DNA of 64,000 nt, taken from contig NW_027270907.1 in the NCBI RefSeq assembly GCF_040938485.1, forward strand, positions 1,364,001 to 1,428,000, given 5' to 3'. This stretch comes from Diadema antillarum (taxonomy: Eukaryota). The translations under genes were made by a program, and so were the position numbers. Every line of letters begins with the position of its first letter. Position 1 is the stretch's first letter. This document shows positions 1-10,514 of this stretch, one piece after another. The notes beneath the pieces are model-generated. The model searched no databases and was not told the origin of the DNA. It saw only the letters and a program-made list of their open reading frames with translations.

Positions 1-215
1 AAAAAGCTTTGCTTGAGGCATTATTAGCCGATTATCTTGCTAATTTGAATATTCATAAGGACTGGTCAAGAAATGTTTCCCGAAAAATTACAAGTGAGAT
101 TTCAATATGTCATATCTTCTTAATTTCTTATGAGATTTTTGTCATTTTGGAATGTTCTGTAAGGAATCTTTTTTCTCTTTCTTTTAGAGTTTACTTATTT
201 TGGGACGGACTTTCT
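1..215. mobile_element. Right-hand part of a TTAA-type (Kolobok-like) MITE, same family as 8476-9483 and 53400-53600
   Basis: Shares gaatattcataaggactggtcaagaaatg with 9331-9360 and 53433-53460 and ends in a degenerate version of the same terminus. Confidence 0.5.
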
Positions 216-1489
216 CAATACAGGGAGAATGACTCTTATATTCAAATCAAGGCAAATTTGAATAAAGACTAATCTAAATTTTGTCAAAACTCGTCAATTA
301 CAAGCAGCATTTTTCATTCAAAGAAAGGTGAATGCTGTGTGATGTGGCTGGAATATTTGTGACCGCACTTTACAATACACACGTGCGCATCGAAACGTCA
401 CGCTGTTCATAAAGGCAATTCAGAAACAAACCTTATGATGTTCACGACAACTCGGATTGGAATATAAGCCAATTTGTGTATTGCGAAAAGTCATCAATTT
501 CTATAGGTTTCTACTTTCTCAAAGAGACGGAGATTTTGTGTGATGTATTTTTAACCGCACTCCATACCCTCTTGCATACCGTGTAACGTGTATATCTTGG
601 TTCACACCATAAAATAAAACATTGAACCAGCAACAAATAATTCATCTGACCGTCTCTATTATTTCTTTCACCTACGTCGTCTCTCCTTGTGTATTGTGTA
701 TGATAATTCATGAAACACACATTAACACAACAGTGACAGCAGTTTATCTCTGACAAGAAACGGTCTCAATACGCCAACATTAATGCCAGACATCAAACTC
801 ACATTGAGAAGCTCTGAAGGGGGTTAGCGAAGTTTTCGAAAACGAGCTTCATAAACGTCGCACCTGGTCTTCGAGAAGAATATAAATTATGCAAACGCAC
901 ACGTGCAACGTCATTCACAAGAATCACAGTCACACCTGTCTAAAGCTGCCACACACATTCCAAGCGGCCGTTGTAGACAGGTGACCGCTATAGGACAGCT
1001 GGAAGCTAAGACGGACTTGACTGTATAATAGCAGTCTGAGAAGATTCATCTTATTTTGATTAAAGCACTGTGAAAGAAAAAAGAAAAGAAAAAAGGATGC
1101 ATTTCCTGAAGACCCAGGCCATAGGGTTATTTTTCTTTTTTTTCTTTTCTTCTTTTCTTCTTTCAGAAGGGAGTTTAACCAAAACGCAATTACATCTGGT
1201 TATTTGTGGCTAAAGAGTGTTTTACACGTGTGTCACCAACACTGTTTTCAAGCTTTCCAAGAACTTACACTCTCTCTCTCTCTCTCTTCCTATCCCTTTC
1301 TCTTTTTCTCTCTCCCTCCTAATTTACTGACTCAGCATAACACTAGTCATCAGCCGACAATTCTTTTTATTTTGCTCCAATGTCGCTGTTATCTTGTTTA
1401 GTTCATCTTCTATCTGCAAGAAACTATGAACAAATACACACACACACATACACACACACACGCACACATACACACACACATACACGCGA

Positions 1490-2660
1490 GTTCATGAGGT
1501 TGTAAAGTTATAGAGTCATGCGCTGAGCGGCAGTCGTATTAAATCTAGCAGAAATAATCCTTATGAATTTCAACAGCGAGGACTTTTCCTTGCAAACAGA
1601 TGAAAAAGAGACATTCGAAATCTATGGAAATTACCTTCCATCAGATGTGAACCTTTTCATCTGCCCATCGTAACGAAGAAAAGATCCCCATTAGGGTTTG
1701 CTCTTGAAGCTATTGTTGTTTATGCTGGTACGGGGGTGGAATTATCCACGTTTCTGCCGCTGATATTGAGGTTTCGTTGGTGTTGTTGTTTTGTCATATG
1801 ATCAAAATTATCTGACTCAATAATCACAACCACTGCAACTATTTCAGTAGCGATGTTTTGCGCGGAGTTAAAAGCATTTGACTTTCTTAATAATCATGTA
1901 AGTGCATGAATCAATAATGGGTATTTTGCTCAACCTTCGTCACGTTGTCAATTCCGTGCACCCCTATACTCTCTTCAACTATTTACCACAAATTGTATTG
2001 CCTCAAAAAGTTTCAACTTCTATCCTTGTCTTGCTACCTCAATGAAGCTCCATTTAGATCTATTCAATGTTTAATGTCCTTTAAATAATTGTTCTGCTTA
2101 ACTTAGTACTTGTGCTAAAACAACAACTAGCTCAAACCAGAAGGCACTCGAGAGATTCTTGCTTTCTTTCTTTTTTCGATCTCTCCTTATTCCTTAGCCC
2201 TAAAAAATTCAGTAACATTTTGAGAAAAAAAATACTACCTGGCAGGGGTCGTTGCATGTTTCACATTAGTAGCCCTGTGCCTGACAAAATCTCTAAAGAA
2301 AATAAAACACCAAGAACGGATACAAGATGCTTTGAACGGCAGTTTGGTTTTCAGATTTGGTATTGTGTGTTTGCACTCGCGGAGTGACTACAAGCTGCAG
2401 GTGATGATCAACTTTGTAGGACACCTGGGAGGTCTGGTGGTGTACCGAAAAGATTCCCAAGAGTGGTAGCTGTCATTAAATTTTTACTTTTAAGCACTTT
2501 CTTAACATTGGAGCGCTAAAATTCCAGTACCCACTGCGACTAGGTGAAATTAAGTGCAGAGAGAACGCATTCATCTGGATCTCCAGGACTTGTTTCGCTG
2601 ATTTCTCACATTTCGATCCTTGGTATTCGGCGTCAAAGGTATTTAGGTGTATTTGACGTA
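1490..2660 (-). pseudogene. Possible decayed antisense coding remnant repeated upstream of every GPCR copy (identity unknown)
   Basis: Minus-strand frame of about 100 codons at ~1600-1915 with 3 stops (..NAFNSAQNIATEIVAVVVIIESDNFDHMTK..NLNISGRN..), plus an NLFGTPPDL-type block at ~2425-2460. Homologous blocks lie upstream of all seven copies. Confidence 0.35.
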
Positions 2661-3991
2661 TACTATAAAACCTGTATAGGGACACACTTTGTTTCATGGC
2701 AATAAGGTTAAGGTCTCCACTTATTATTTTGCTAATTCCCTTAAACTTTCAATTTTCATTTCAAATCTATTTCCGTTTTCGACAATAACATAATAATACA
2801 TCTCGTTTTCTTTAATGACAGAAATCATGTAAACAGACAATGGATTGAACAGAGTAAACAATGATAATAATGTAAACTTACAGTAACGATACATTGTAAT
2901 GAGACTAAACGAAAATGAAATAAAGTGAAATTTAGTTCAAATATAACTTATCATATTTGTTGTCGAAAATGATTATTTTTTTTTTCTGTCCTTAAACTGA
3001 AACTAGGGCAATATTCCAGTCCGAATTCCCTATGAGAATCCAACTTTCATTAGTTGTTTCTAAATTGCAAATGAGGCATATTTTTTGGGGAAAAACCGTT
3101 ATTCCCTGTAAGTGAAATTTTCCAAGCACATCAAAATTACACATAAAGTTGCTTGCATCGCAGTAAATCCTTCCTAATTTGGAATTTTGGAGGAGTTTGC
3201 TCTGAGGGCGCGGATGTTACCTTCTCTGAAGTTTCTTTGATGCGTTAGGACAATTTTCAAAAACCTATGAAGGGGAGTAAAGTATTCCCCTTCTAATAGA
3301 AAAAGAAAACTGTTCCTGATGATACCTTGTTTTTAGATATCTAATTTCTTTGGAGTACGGATTGATATATAACATTCTATCTTGTTTGAAATGTTTCAGA
3401 TAAAAGATAATGATAATTTCAACTTGACGGGGAATAATTCAATCTTCTTTTCTTCTTTTGATTTTTTTCTTGCATATTTCACATGATATACTGTGGAGAT
3501 TACTCCAAGCATATTGTAAAAAAAAAAGAATAAATAAATTGCTCTGCTTCCTGATAATGCGAAATAAGAGAACATTGTTAAACTCGCATACCTAACATCT
3601 CCAAGATATTTTCTATCTAGAGCATTTTTCTCAATAATGTATACCAGATATTATGATCCAAGTGGTATACACATATCTCAAGTCTTTCTGCATTAGGCCC
3701 TTCTGGTTGTCATCATCATTTTCGTAATACGAGGCCTTGATCGTCCACTCTAATTAGGGCACTTGACTTGAAGATATCTTACTCTTAAAGATCTATACGT
3801 TTACTAACGCCAGTGACTGACAATTTTAATCACCATCATCATACTATTAATCTCATTTTTTAAAAGTCAAAAAGTTTAATATTTGACCTTGTCTGATACC
3901 GATGCACAATTTCTTGTTTGATTTGGTCTCTAATACAGATTTTAAAAAGACATCAGTGAATTTCGTTAAGGTCAACTCGAGTACACAGAGC

Positions 3992-5314
3992 ATGGCGTCA
4001 CTAGATACATTCTTCACTTTCGTGACCCTGATGGCAATGTCTTGCAGAATATCCGCTCAGAACCCGACGTCTATGAACTATCCTGAGATAGAGACAGTTG
4101 GCATCGCGGCTCAAAATATGACAACCACAGCTGCACGGAGCAGTCAGGGAACCACTGTTCTACAACGGACAATTTTTACTGTACAGGTGGAAAAAGACAT
4201 ACTCTCGCTTGGGGCAGAGAATTCGTGCTCATTTTGCAAGCCCGGAGAGGATCAGGCTGACACAACACATTATGACAACACTAAAGCAGAGCGGATCATT
4301 GAAAGCCATGCAACACCTTTTGTCGAGCCTGATTGGGTGTGGCAGCCGATCACGTGGTCTTTGCGAATGAAAATCCAAGTGTTCCTGTCAGTGCTCGGTA
4401 TCACCGGGAACGCGCTTGTCATGGCTGTTTTGTTATGTCGCAATGTGGTGAGAAGCTCCGCCGACACTCTCGTCGGGAATCTTGCCACAGCGGACTTTAT
4501 CACGTCTATCTTTATTTTCCCGATACCAGAGGCGGTTCGCGTCCCGAAAACAGCCATTGGGGAAATGTATTGCCGCTTTGTTTATACCTCATTCTTCCTA
4601 TGGGTAAGCATCTTGGGTTCAATCTTCACGCTGACTGCCGCATCGCTGGAGCGATATGCCGCGGTGGTCCACCCCATCCGCTGGAGCCGTTACAAGAAAC
4701 GCCGCCATATGAATCTGTGCCTCGTTCTCATCTGGTTTGCCGCTACGGCCTTACCCTTCGAGCTCCTTCTGTCAACCGGCGTCGGCAAGGCGTCGAGTTC
4801 CTGCCAAGTGGAGCATGCAACTTACGCGGGACAAATCGTCCTTGCATTGGCTACTTTCATTTTCGGCTTTTTGATTCCGGCCTCGACAATGTTAATAACA
4901 CAGCTTTTAGCTGCTCGCGCGCTCTACATGCAATCCAAACGTTTTACGGGAACCTGCGAACGTGGAGACCGCTCTACCGCATCGCTCAGGCACCTTGTGG
5001 CCATGAATCGGCTTTTGGTTATGCTCTTAATCGTTATCATTATTTTTATTGTGTGCTTGGGTCCGCAGGCCACCGCTTTTTTCTTGTACAACCTTCGCGT
5101 CCTTGATCCCAGCTTCCTCTATGGACCAATTGACCGTATTCTTACGGCATTATCTCTGTTTAACTCTTGCGCCAATCCTGTCGTGTATTTGGTTTTGAAC
5201 GCGCAATTCCGCGCAGCTCTCTTAAAATTCTTCACCTGCACCAAGATAAGTGATAACGCCCTATTCGGCTTTCAGGCAGAATCAACCCAGAAACCCCATC
5301 TTCGAAACGTTTAG
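3992..5314 (+). CDS. Intronless class A GPCR, array copy 1 (440 aa; galanin/allatostatin/somatostatin-receptor-like orphan)
   Basis: Seven hydrophobic segments with GN (TM1), NLAxAD (TM2), C..ERY (TM3), W (TM4), ECL2 Cys, FxxP (TM5), CLGP (TM6), NSCANPVVY (TM7) and helix 8 NAQFR..FFTC. Start set at agcATGG (3992), which is conserved in all paralogs and opens a signal-peptide-like stretch. The ORF track starts upstream at 3902. Confidence 0.93.
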   Translation: MASLDTFFTFVTLMAMSCRISAQNPTSMNYPEIETVGIAAQNMTTTAARSSQGTTVLQRTIFTVQVEKDILSLGAENSCSFCKPGEDQADTTHYDNTKAERIIESHATPFVEPDWVWQPITWSLRMKIQVFLSVLGITGNALVMAVLLCRNVVRSSADTLVGNLATADFITSIFIFPIPEAVRVPKTAIGEMYCRFVYTSFFLWVSILGSIFTLTAASLERYAAVVHPIRWSRYKKRRHMNLCLVLIWFAATALPFELLLSTGVGKASSSCQVEHATYAGQIVLALATFIFGFLIPASTMLITQLLAARALYMQSKRFTGTCERGDRSTASLRHLVAMNRLLVMLLIVIIIFIVCLGPQATAFFLYNLRVLDPSFLYGPIDRILTALSLFNSCANPVVYLVLNAQFRAALLKFFTCTKISDNALFGFQAESTQKPHLRNV

Positions 5315-5869
5315 TGCATCTTGCTAAAGCGGAATCAATGTCTGAATTTTGCTCTTGTTCAAACATTTCTCAAGACGACTGAGGTATTTTCAATAGTTTC
5401 CTGCAAGTATCTAATCGTACAATGTATTGCAAATGTATGGGCATCTATACACATCCTAAACTAATTGTTCCCCAAAAAAATGTGATATTGTAAAGGAAAA
5501 GTCCAGGTAAACGACAACCTTGTAAAGAAAAAAATGGCCCACTCAATGAATTGAACTTACGATTTAAAAAATGTAAGGGAACGGAAACACATACACAAAG
5601 GCACAAGACGCTCGCGGTAAACAAAGACGTAGACAGGAAAATCAAAAAGAGACAATGGGAAGGGGCAGGTTAGAGGGAGAACAAAGGGAGGGAAGGAAAG
5701 ATGAAAATAAGAACTATTTGAAAGGAAGTAGAGGTTCGCAGCACACGAAGAGCTATTGCCAAACACTGTCCATCGTCATGGGTGAGGTAATTTACATCAA
5801 ATAAGTTATGCCAATGAGATTAAAAAACAATGTAATTCAAATATCTCAAAACCAACCAAAACTGACTTA

Positions 5870-6130
5870 AACATATCTTAGTACAGCAAGAGTTGGTGTT
5901 TCTTTTAGTTTATCACTCAGTTGATTCCACAAGCTTTGCCCTGTATAAACAAAAATGTTCTGGGCGAGGATGGTGCGGAGTAAAGGGATATGAAACTCAT
6001 TGGATCCTCTTGTAGAGTACTTACGAACACTGACGTTTCTACGAAATACATCATCAGATACTTTGAGCAACTCATTTTCCCTAGAATTTAGCTTAAATTG
6101 TCCAAATTCATACCGTATTTGGAAAAAAAA
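5870..6130 (-). mobile_element. CR1/L2-group LINE, ORF2 C-terminal fragment
   Basis: KYSTRGSNEFHIPLLRT..QNIFVYTGQSLWNQLSDKLK matches the typical end of CR1/L2/Crack-group ORF2 (YxTR...P..RT....Y.GP.LWN.L). Confidence 0.75.
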
Positions 6131-8475
6131 GAGGTTTGGCATGGAGCTATGGTTACGATTTCTTCATGCATTCAAGAATATGTCAAAACTGTGTTCCGAT
6201 GAGAAATATGGCAAATGTATATAGGCAATACAAAATACACTAAAATCCTGTACGTGCCAATCCTTCTCCGGCGATTTTTTTTTTTTTTTTTTTGGTCTTG
6301 TATTTAATGTAAAACACAAGTTATTTTCAAGTCTGATGAATGGAGTAAAGTCTAGGAAAAGTTGTCAATCTGGCAAATTTTTAAAGTAGAAGTTTAAAAT
6401 GATTAAAAGAACAATGAGACCGTTAAAAGTTGTATGTAATACAGAAAACTTTCATCGAATGGGGATATATTACCAAGGTTGGCAAAATGCTTACAGGTTG
6501 GTAGAAGCCATAACTTGAAGAGCTTGCATTCAAGCCTTTACTAAATTGCATGTTAAAATTTTAGAAAAGAGTATTGTGCAATGTCGTGTATGAAACTATG
6601 TTTCATGATCCATCAATTATAACATCAGTTATGATTATAATTTGATGTCCCTGTTGGTGGATGCATTTACATTAAATTTGAAGAGACACATAATGGATCA
6701 CAATCAGAACTGACAACTGCAGCATCCCTTTATCTGTATTCATAATAGGATTGTTAAAGTGATGATTTTATCTTAAATACCTCTTCCTTTCAACATGTTC
6801 AATATCATCATCTGTAGCGACCGTGAAGCATGCAAGAGGTTGCTCTAAACTTGCGAGACTTAATAGCAAGTGACAAATGTTCGCGAATACAACTCCTACA
6901 CTAAATAAGAACAGAGAAATGTAGCAATGTCGAGAAGTCAAGGTAAGTTTTATTATTTGATAAATTCTACAAATTCTCATACGCATGGGATGAACTTCAA
7001 AAAAAATCTTAGTTTGAGATATATTTGGATGCTTGCCAGTTCTGTCAAGAAGAGCCTTGATCATGTTGATATCGTCGTAGTGCATTTCTTTAATTCCTGA
7101 TTGTTTTGTTTGAACCTGTTTTGTCATGTTCTACGCGTTGCAGGAAATTTTCCATAAATATAATGTATACATGTAGCTAGGAAAATGCACAAAGATTAGT
7201 GTTACACTTGATGTAAGTTTGAGGAATAGTGTTACACTCAGTATAAATATAATATATGGCAAAATGTTACACAAACGAAATTCCTGGAAATCAGACAATA
7301 CACTCCACATTTGTTAATTCTCCGTTTTGGTTAATTTCCCGTTGCACGCTGTACAATCCTATCAAGAAAGATGGGTAGGCCTACCCTACAATTTCACCAT
7401 ACTCACAATACCACTGGAATGGAACGGAATGAAGAAAATGTTAAAGGACTCTCATGAAGAATAAAATCCTCTTTCCTAGGATATCGAAAACAGAATTAAA
7501 GATCCTTGAACTTTTGGGAGGCTGAATCTACGTAATCATGTTTTTTGGGGGCACTTTTGATTTTGTTTGTATGTACAGCACACACTTTGTAGCAATTTGT
7601 ACAAGCTGGTATAAACCCTGTTAGAAAGAACACAGTGTTCCACAGTATGGTCAAAGTATGTTCACTACGGTCGACTATATTGAAAATGCTCGAATGTAAT
7701 AGTGTGAAGATGATTTCACACTGAGCGGTTTTCAGAGTGTTCACAATGCGTTCGCATTGATTTGCGTCACATTGTGTTTCACACTGTTGGACACTGTGTT
7801 CTTTCCAGCAAGGCTGTTCTACATGACTTGTTTGTGTGTGTGTGTGTGTGTGTTTGTTTATTGGTTTGTTATTGTCTTTTGAGCATGTTCTTAAACAATG
7901 TTAAATGAAAATTCAAAACAAGTGAAAGACATTCATGTACACGTTCCATTAATTTTGAAACTCTTTTTGGTAGGTCAAATAAGCGAGTGATTTTTAACGC
8001 CCTGTATATGCATCGCATCGTTTGCCGACCACCTGTGGGTCCAGATTCGACAAGAATTTGAGACTTCTAGAGACGTGTTCCAGACAGAGTACATTAAATT
8101 TAGAGCATGATTCCGCATGTCTACTATATGTGCTGAAATTCGAAATTCGATATTAGAACTCTGTTGATATCTGCTTTAGATATTGATCGCTATCTCCAAG
8201 GTTTATAAAAAATTGTATATTCCATGTTAGGTGTCAATATTCTCAAATACCTGTGAAAAAAAAAGAACTTGAATGGAATTTTACTGATCAATCAAGACGT
8301 TCATGTTGTGAATGCCTGCAGAACTTGTTTCACAGGTTGTCAATGCCGGATGTTTGTTGGAATTGTGAATAAGCTAATGGGTGACATCTTGAATTCCGAG
8401 TTACATCGGTTTCCTTGCACTCTTCGCCCCAACCCGGAAGAACAGCGATTGTTGTTTCGATAAAGTGAGTATATA

Positions 8476-9483
8476 TTAAAGAAGAAATCCACTCCAGAAT
8501 TATATCACTTTCATGAGAAAAAGAAAAAGTATTCCCTGCAGGACAGCAGTGACAAAGTGATTAAATGAAGATGTGACATTCTGAAATTTCAAAATTTCTC
8601 GGAAAACACTTCTTGACCAGTCTTTATGAATGATTATTCAAATCAGCAAGTTGATTATGCCATGCTATTACAATTTCTTATTCATTTCATATACAGAAAT
8701 GAAAAAAAATCTCATTTTTTAGCAGTAGGGCCTATAAATATAAAACTGACGTAAAACCATCCAAAATATAAATGAACAAATGTTGACTCTGATATTCAAT
8801 TCAATCGTTAATTTATTTCTATTAAAAAATAGACGTGATGCAAAGCGGTACATGTGTCAGTTTGACTTTCATTCAGCTGGAAAGGACACCTCATTGAACA
8901 CAATATAAAATGTGCACTAGTGGTATTATAACAATAACATAAAGGGAACCATGCACACTTTGTCATGGTAACAAAAAAGAAGTAGTAATCATAACGATGG
9001 AAAAGAGTGTTCCACTAAAAAACCAAGCTTGTAGGACGTGGAACTCTGAAAAGAAAACAACAGCAACACCAATATACCAAAAAGATGTATTCATGTTAAA
9101 TTCATCTATGTACCATTGTACTTTGGTCATTGATAATATATGATGCTGATGATACAAGCATGCTATCAACAATACTTGTTTTAGGGTGCAAATCTTAGAT
9201 TATATTTTGGTACGGTAATATGCTTTTACCCGCAATTAGCTAAAAAAAAAATTCGAATTTCATATTACGTACATCGTGACGTAATAGCAAACAGTAAAAG
9301 TTGTGGGGGCATGACATCATCTCTCTCATGTGAATATTCATAAGGACTGGTCAAGAAATGTTTTCCAAAAAAAATGTGAAATTTCAATATTTCCTAACTT
9401 CCGTATTTCTTTTACGATTTTTGTCATTTTAGAACGATCTGTGGGGATTTCATTTTCTTATTTTGGGGTGGATATTCTCTTAC
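8476..9483. mobile_element. TTAA-type (Kolobok-like) MITE with long imperfect subterminal inverted repeats
   Basis: Left end TTAAAGAAGAAATCCACTCC vs right end GGGGTGGATATTCTCTTA. 8580-8650 is the reverse complement of ~9330-9390. The centre contains host-like sequence, so it could be two separate inverted insertions. Confidence 0.5.
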
Positions 9484-10474
9484 AGGGAGAACAGCTCATA
9501 TTATGTTCGTAACAAGGCGAATTTGAATAAAAGCCTATCTACATTTTGTCAAAATTCATCAATTACAAGCAACATTTTTTTTTTCAAAGGAAGGTGATTG
9601 CTGTTTGATTTGACCGGGATATTTGTAAAATGCACTCTAGAATACACACGTGAGCATACCATATAACGTCACGCTGTTCATGAAGGCAATTCAGAACAAA
9701 CCTTATGATGTTCATGATAACTCGAGTCGGATTATAAGCCAAATTATGTATTGTGAAAGTCATCAATTCTTATAAGGTTCTACTTTCTCAATGAGTGGGA
9801 GATTGTGTGTGATGTATTTGTAACTCTCTATCATACCCTCACGCATACCGTGTAACGTGTTGGTCCACACCAATAAACGATTGAACGAGCAAGAATTAAT
9901 TCATCTGACCGTCTCTACTATTTCTTTCACCTACGTCATCTCTCCTTGTGTATTGTGTATAATAATTCATGAAACACACATTAACACAACAGTGACAGCA
10001 GTTTATCTCTGACAAGAAACGGCCTCAATACGCCTAATACTAGACATCAAACTCACATTGAGGAGCTCTGAATGGGCTTTGCGAAATTTTGGAAAACGAG
10101 CTTCATGGACGTTGCTCTTGGTCATCGGGGATTATATAAATTATGCAAACGCACATGTACAACGTCATTCACAAGAATCAGTCACACAAGTGGCCGTTGT
10201 AGAGAGGTGACCGCTAGAGGACAGTTGGAAGCTAAGACAGATTTGACTGTATAATAGCAGTCTGAGCAGATTCACTGACTATCTTATTTTTATCAAAGCA
10301 CTGTGAAAAACGAGAGCAGAATGCATTTCTTGAAGGCCCAGGCCATAGGGTTATATTTTTCTTCTTTTCTTCTTTAAGGAGGAGGGAGTTTAACCAAAAC
10401 GCAATTGCATCTGATTTATTAGTGGCTAAAAAGTGTTTTACACGTGTGTCACCAACAATTTTTTTTAAGCTTTC

Positions 10475-10514
<40 letters not shown>

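Larger units (their letters stand above)
1..2750. repeat. Upstream flank block of copy 1, paralogous to 9330-12850 (flank of copy 2)
   Basis: Collinear near-identical stretches, e.g. 640-770 vs 9900-10030, 1490-1900 vs 11570-11990 and 2400-2470 vs 12520-12590. Confidence 0.85.

Noticed and set aside
1560-1620. P-loop (GKS.LL) or TLR/LRR identity for the antisense remnant
   Set aside because: There is no upstream Gly for a Walker A motif. The LRR-like words fall in different frames and no TIR box was found, so this is kept only as a hypothesis.
3955-3975. Possible splice acceptor (ttcttcaag|G) before the ATG
   Set aside because: The AG is not kept in copies 4, 6 and 7, so there is no support for an intron without transcript data.
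3902-3991. Longer N-termini suggested by the ORF track for copies 1-4 and 6
   Set aside because: Upstream starts differ in every copy (some are TTG) and would bury the signal peptide. Only agcATGG/aacATGG is shared.
4270-4557. Antisense ORFs over TM1-TM3 in all copies (..VRKSAxARFPTRVSAE..)
   Set aside because: Codon-aligned antisense shadows of a conserved CDS, with inconsistent starts and lengths.
4333-5106. 257-aa alternative-frame ORF inside copy 1, mirrored at 15606..16379 in copy 2
   Set aside because: It starts at TTG, is broken in copies 3-6 and has no recognisable domain. It is best explained as a shadow of the conserved GPCR frame.
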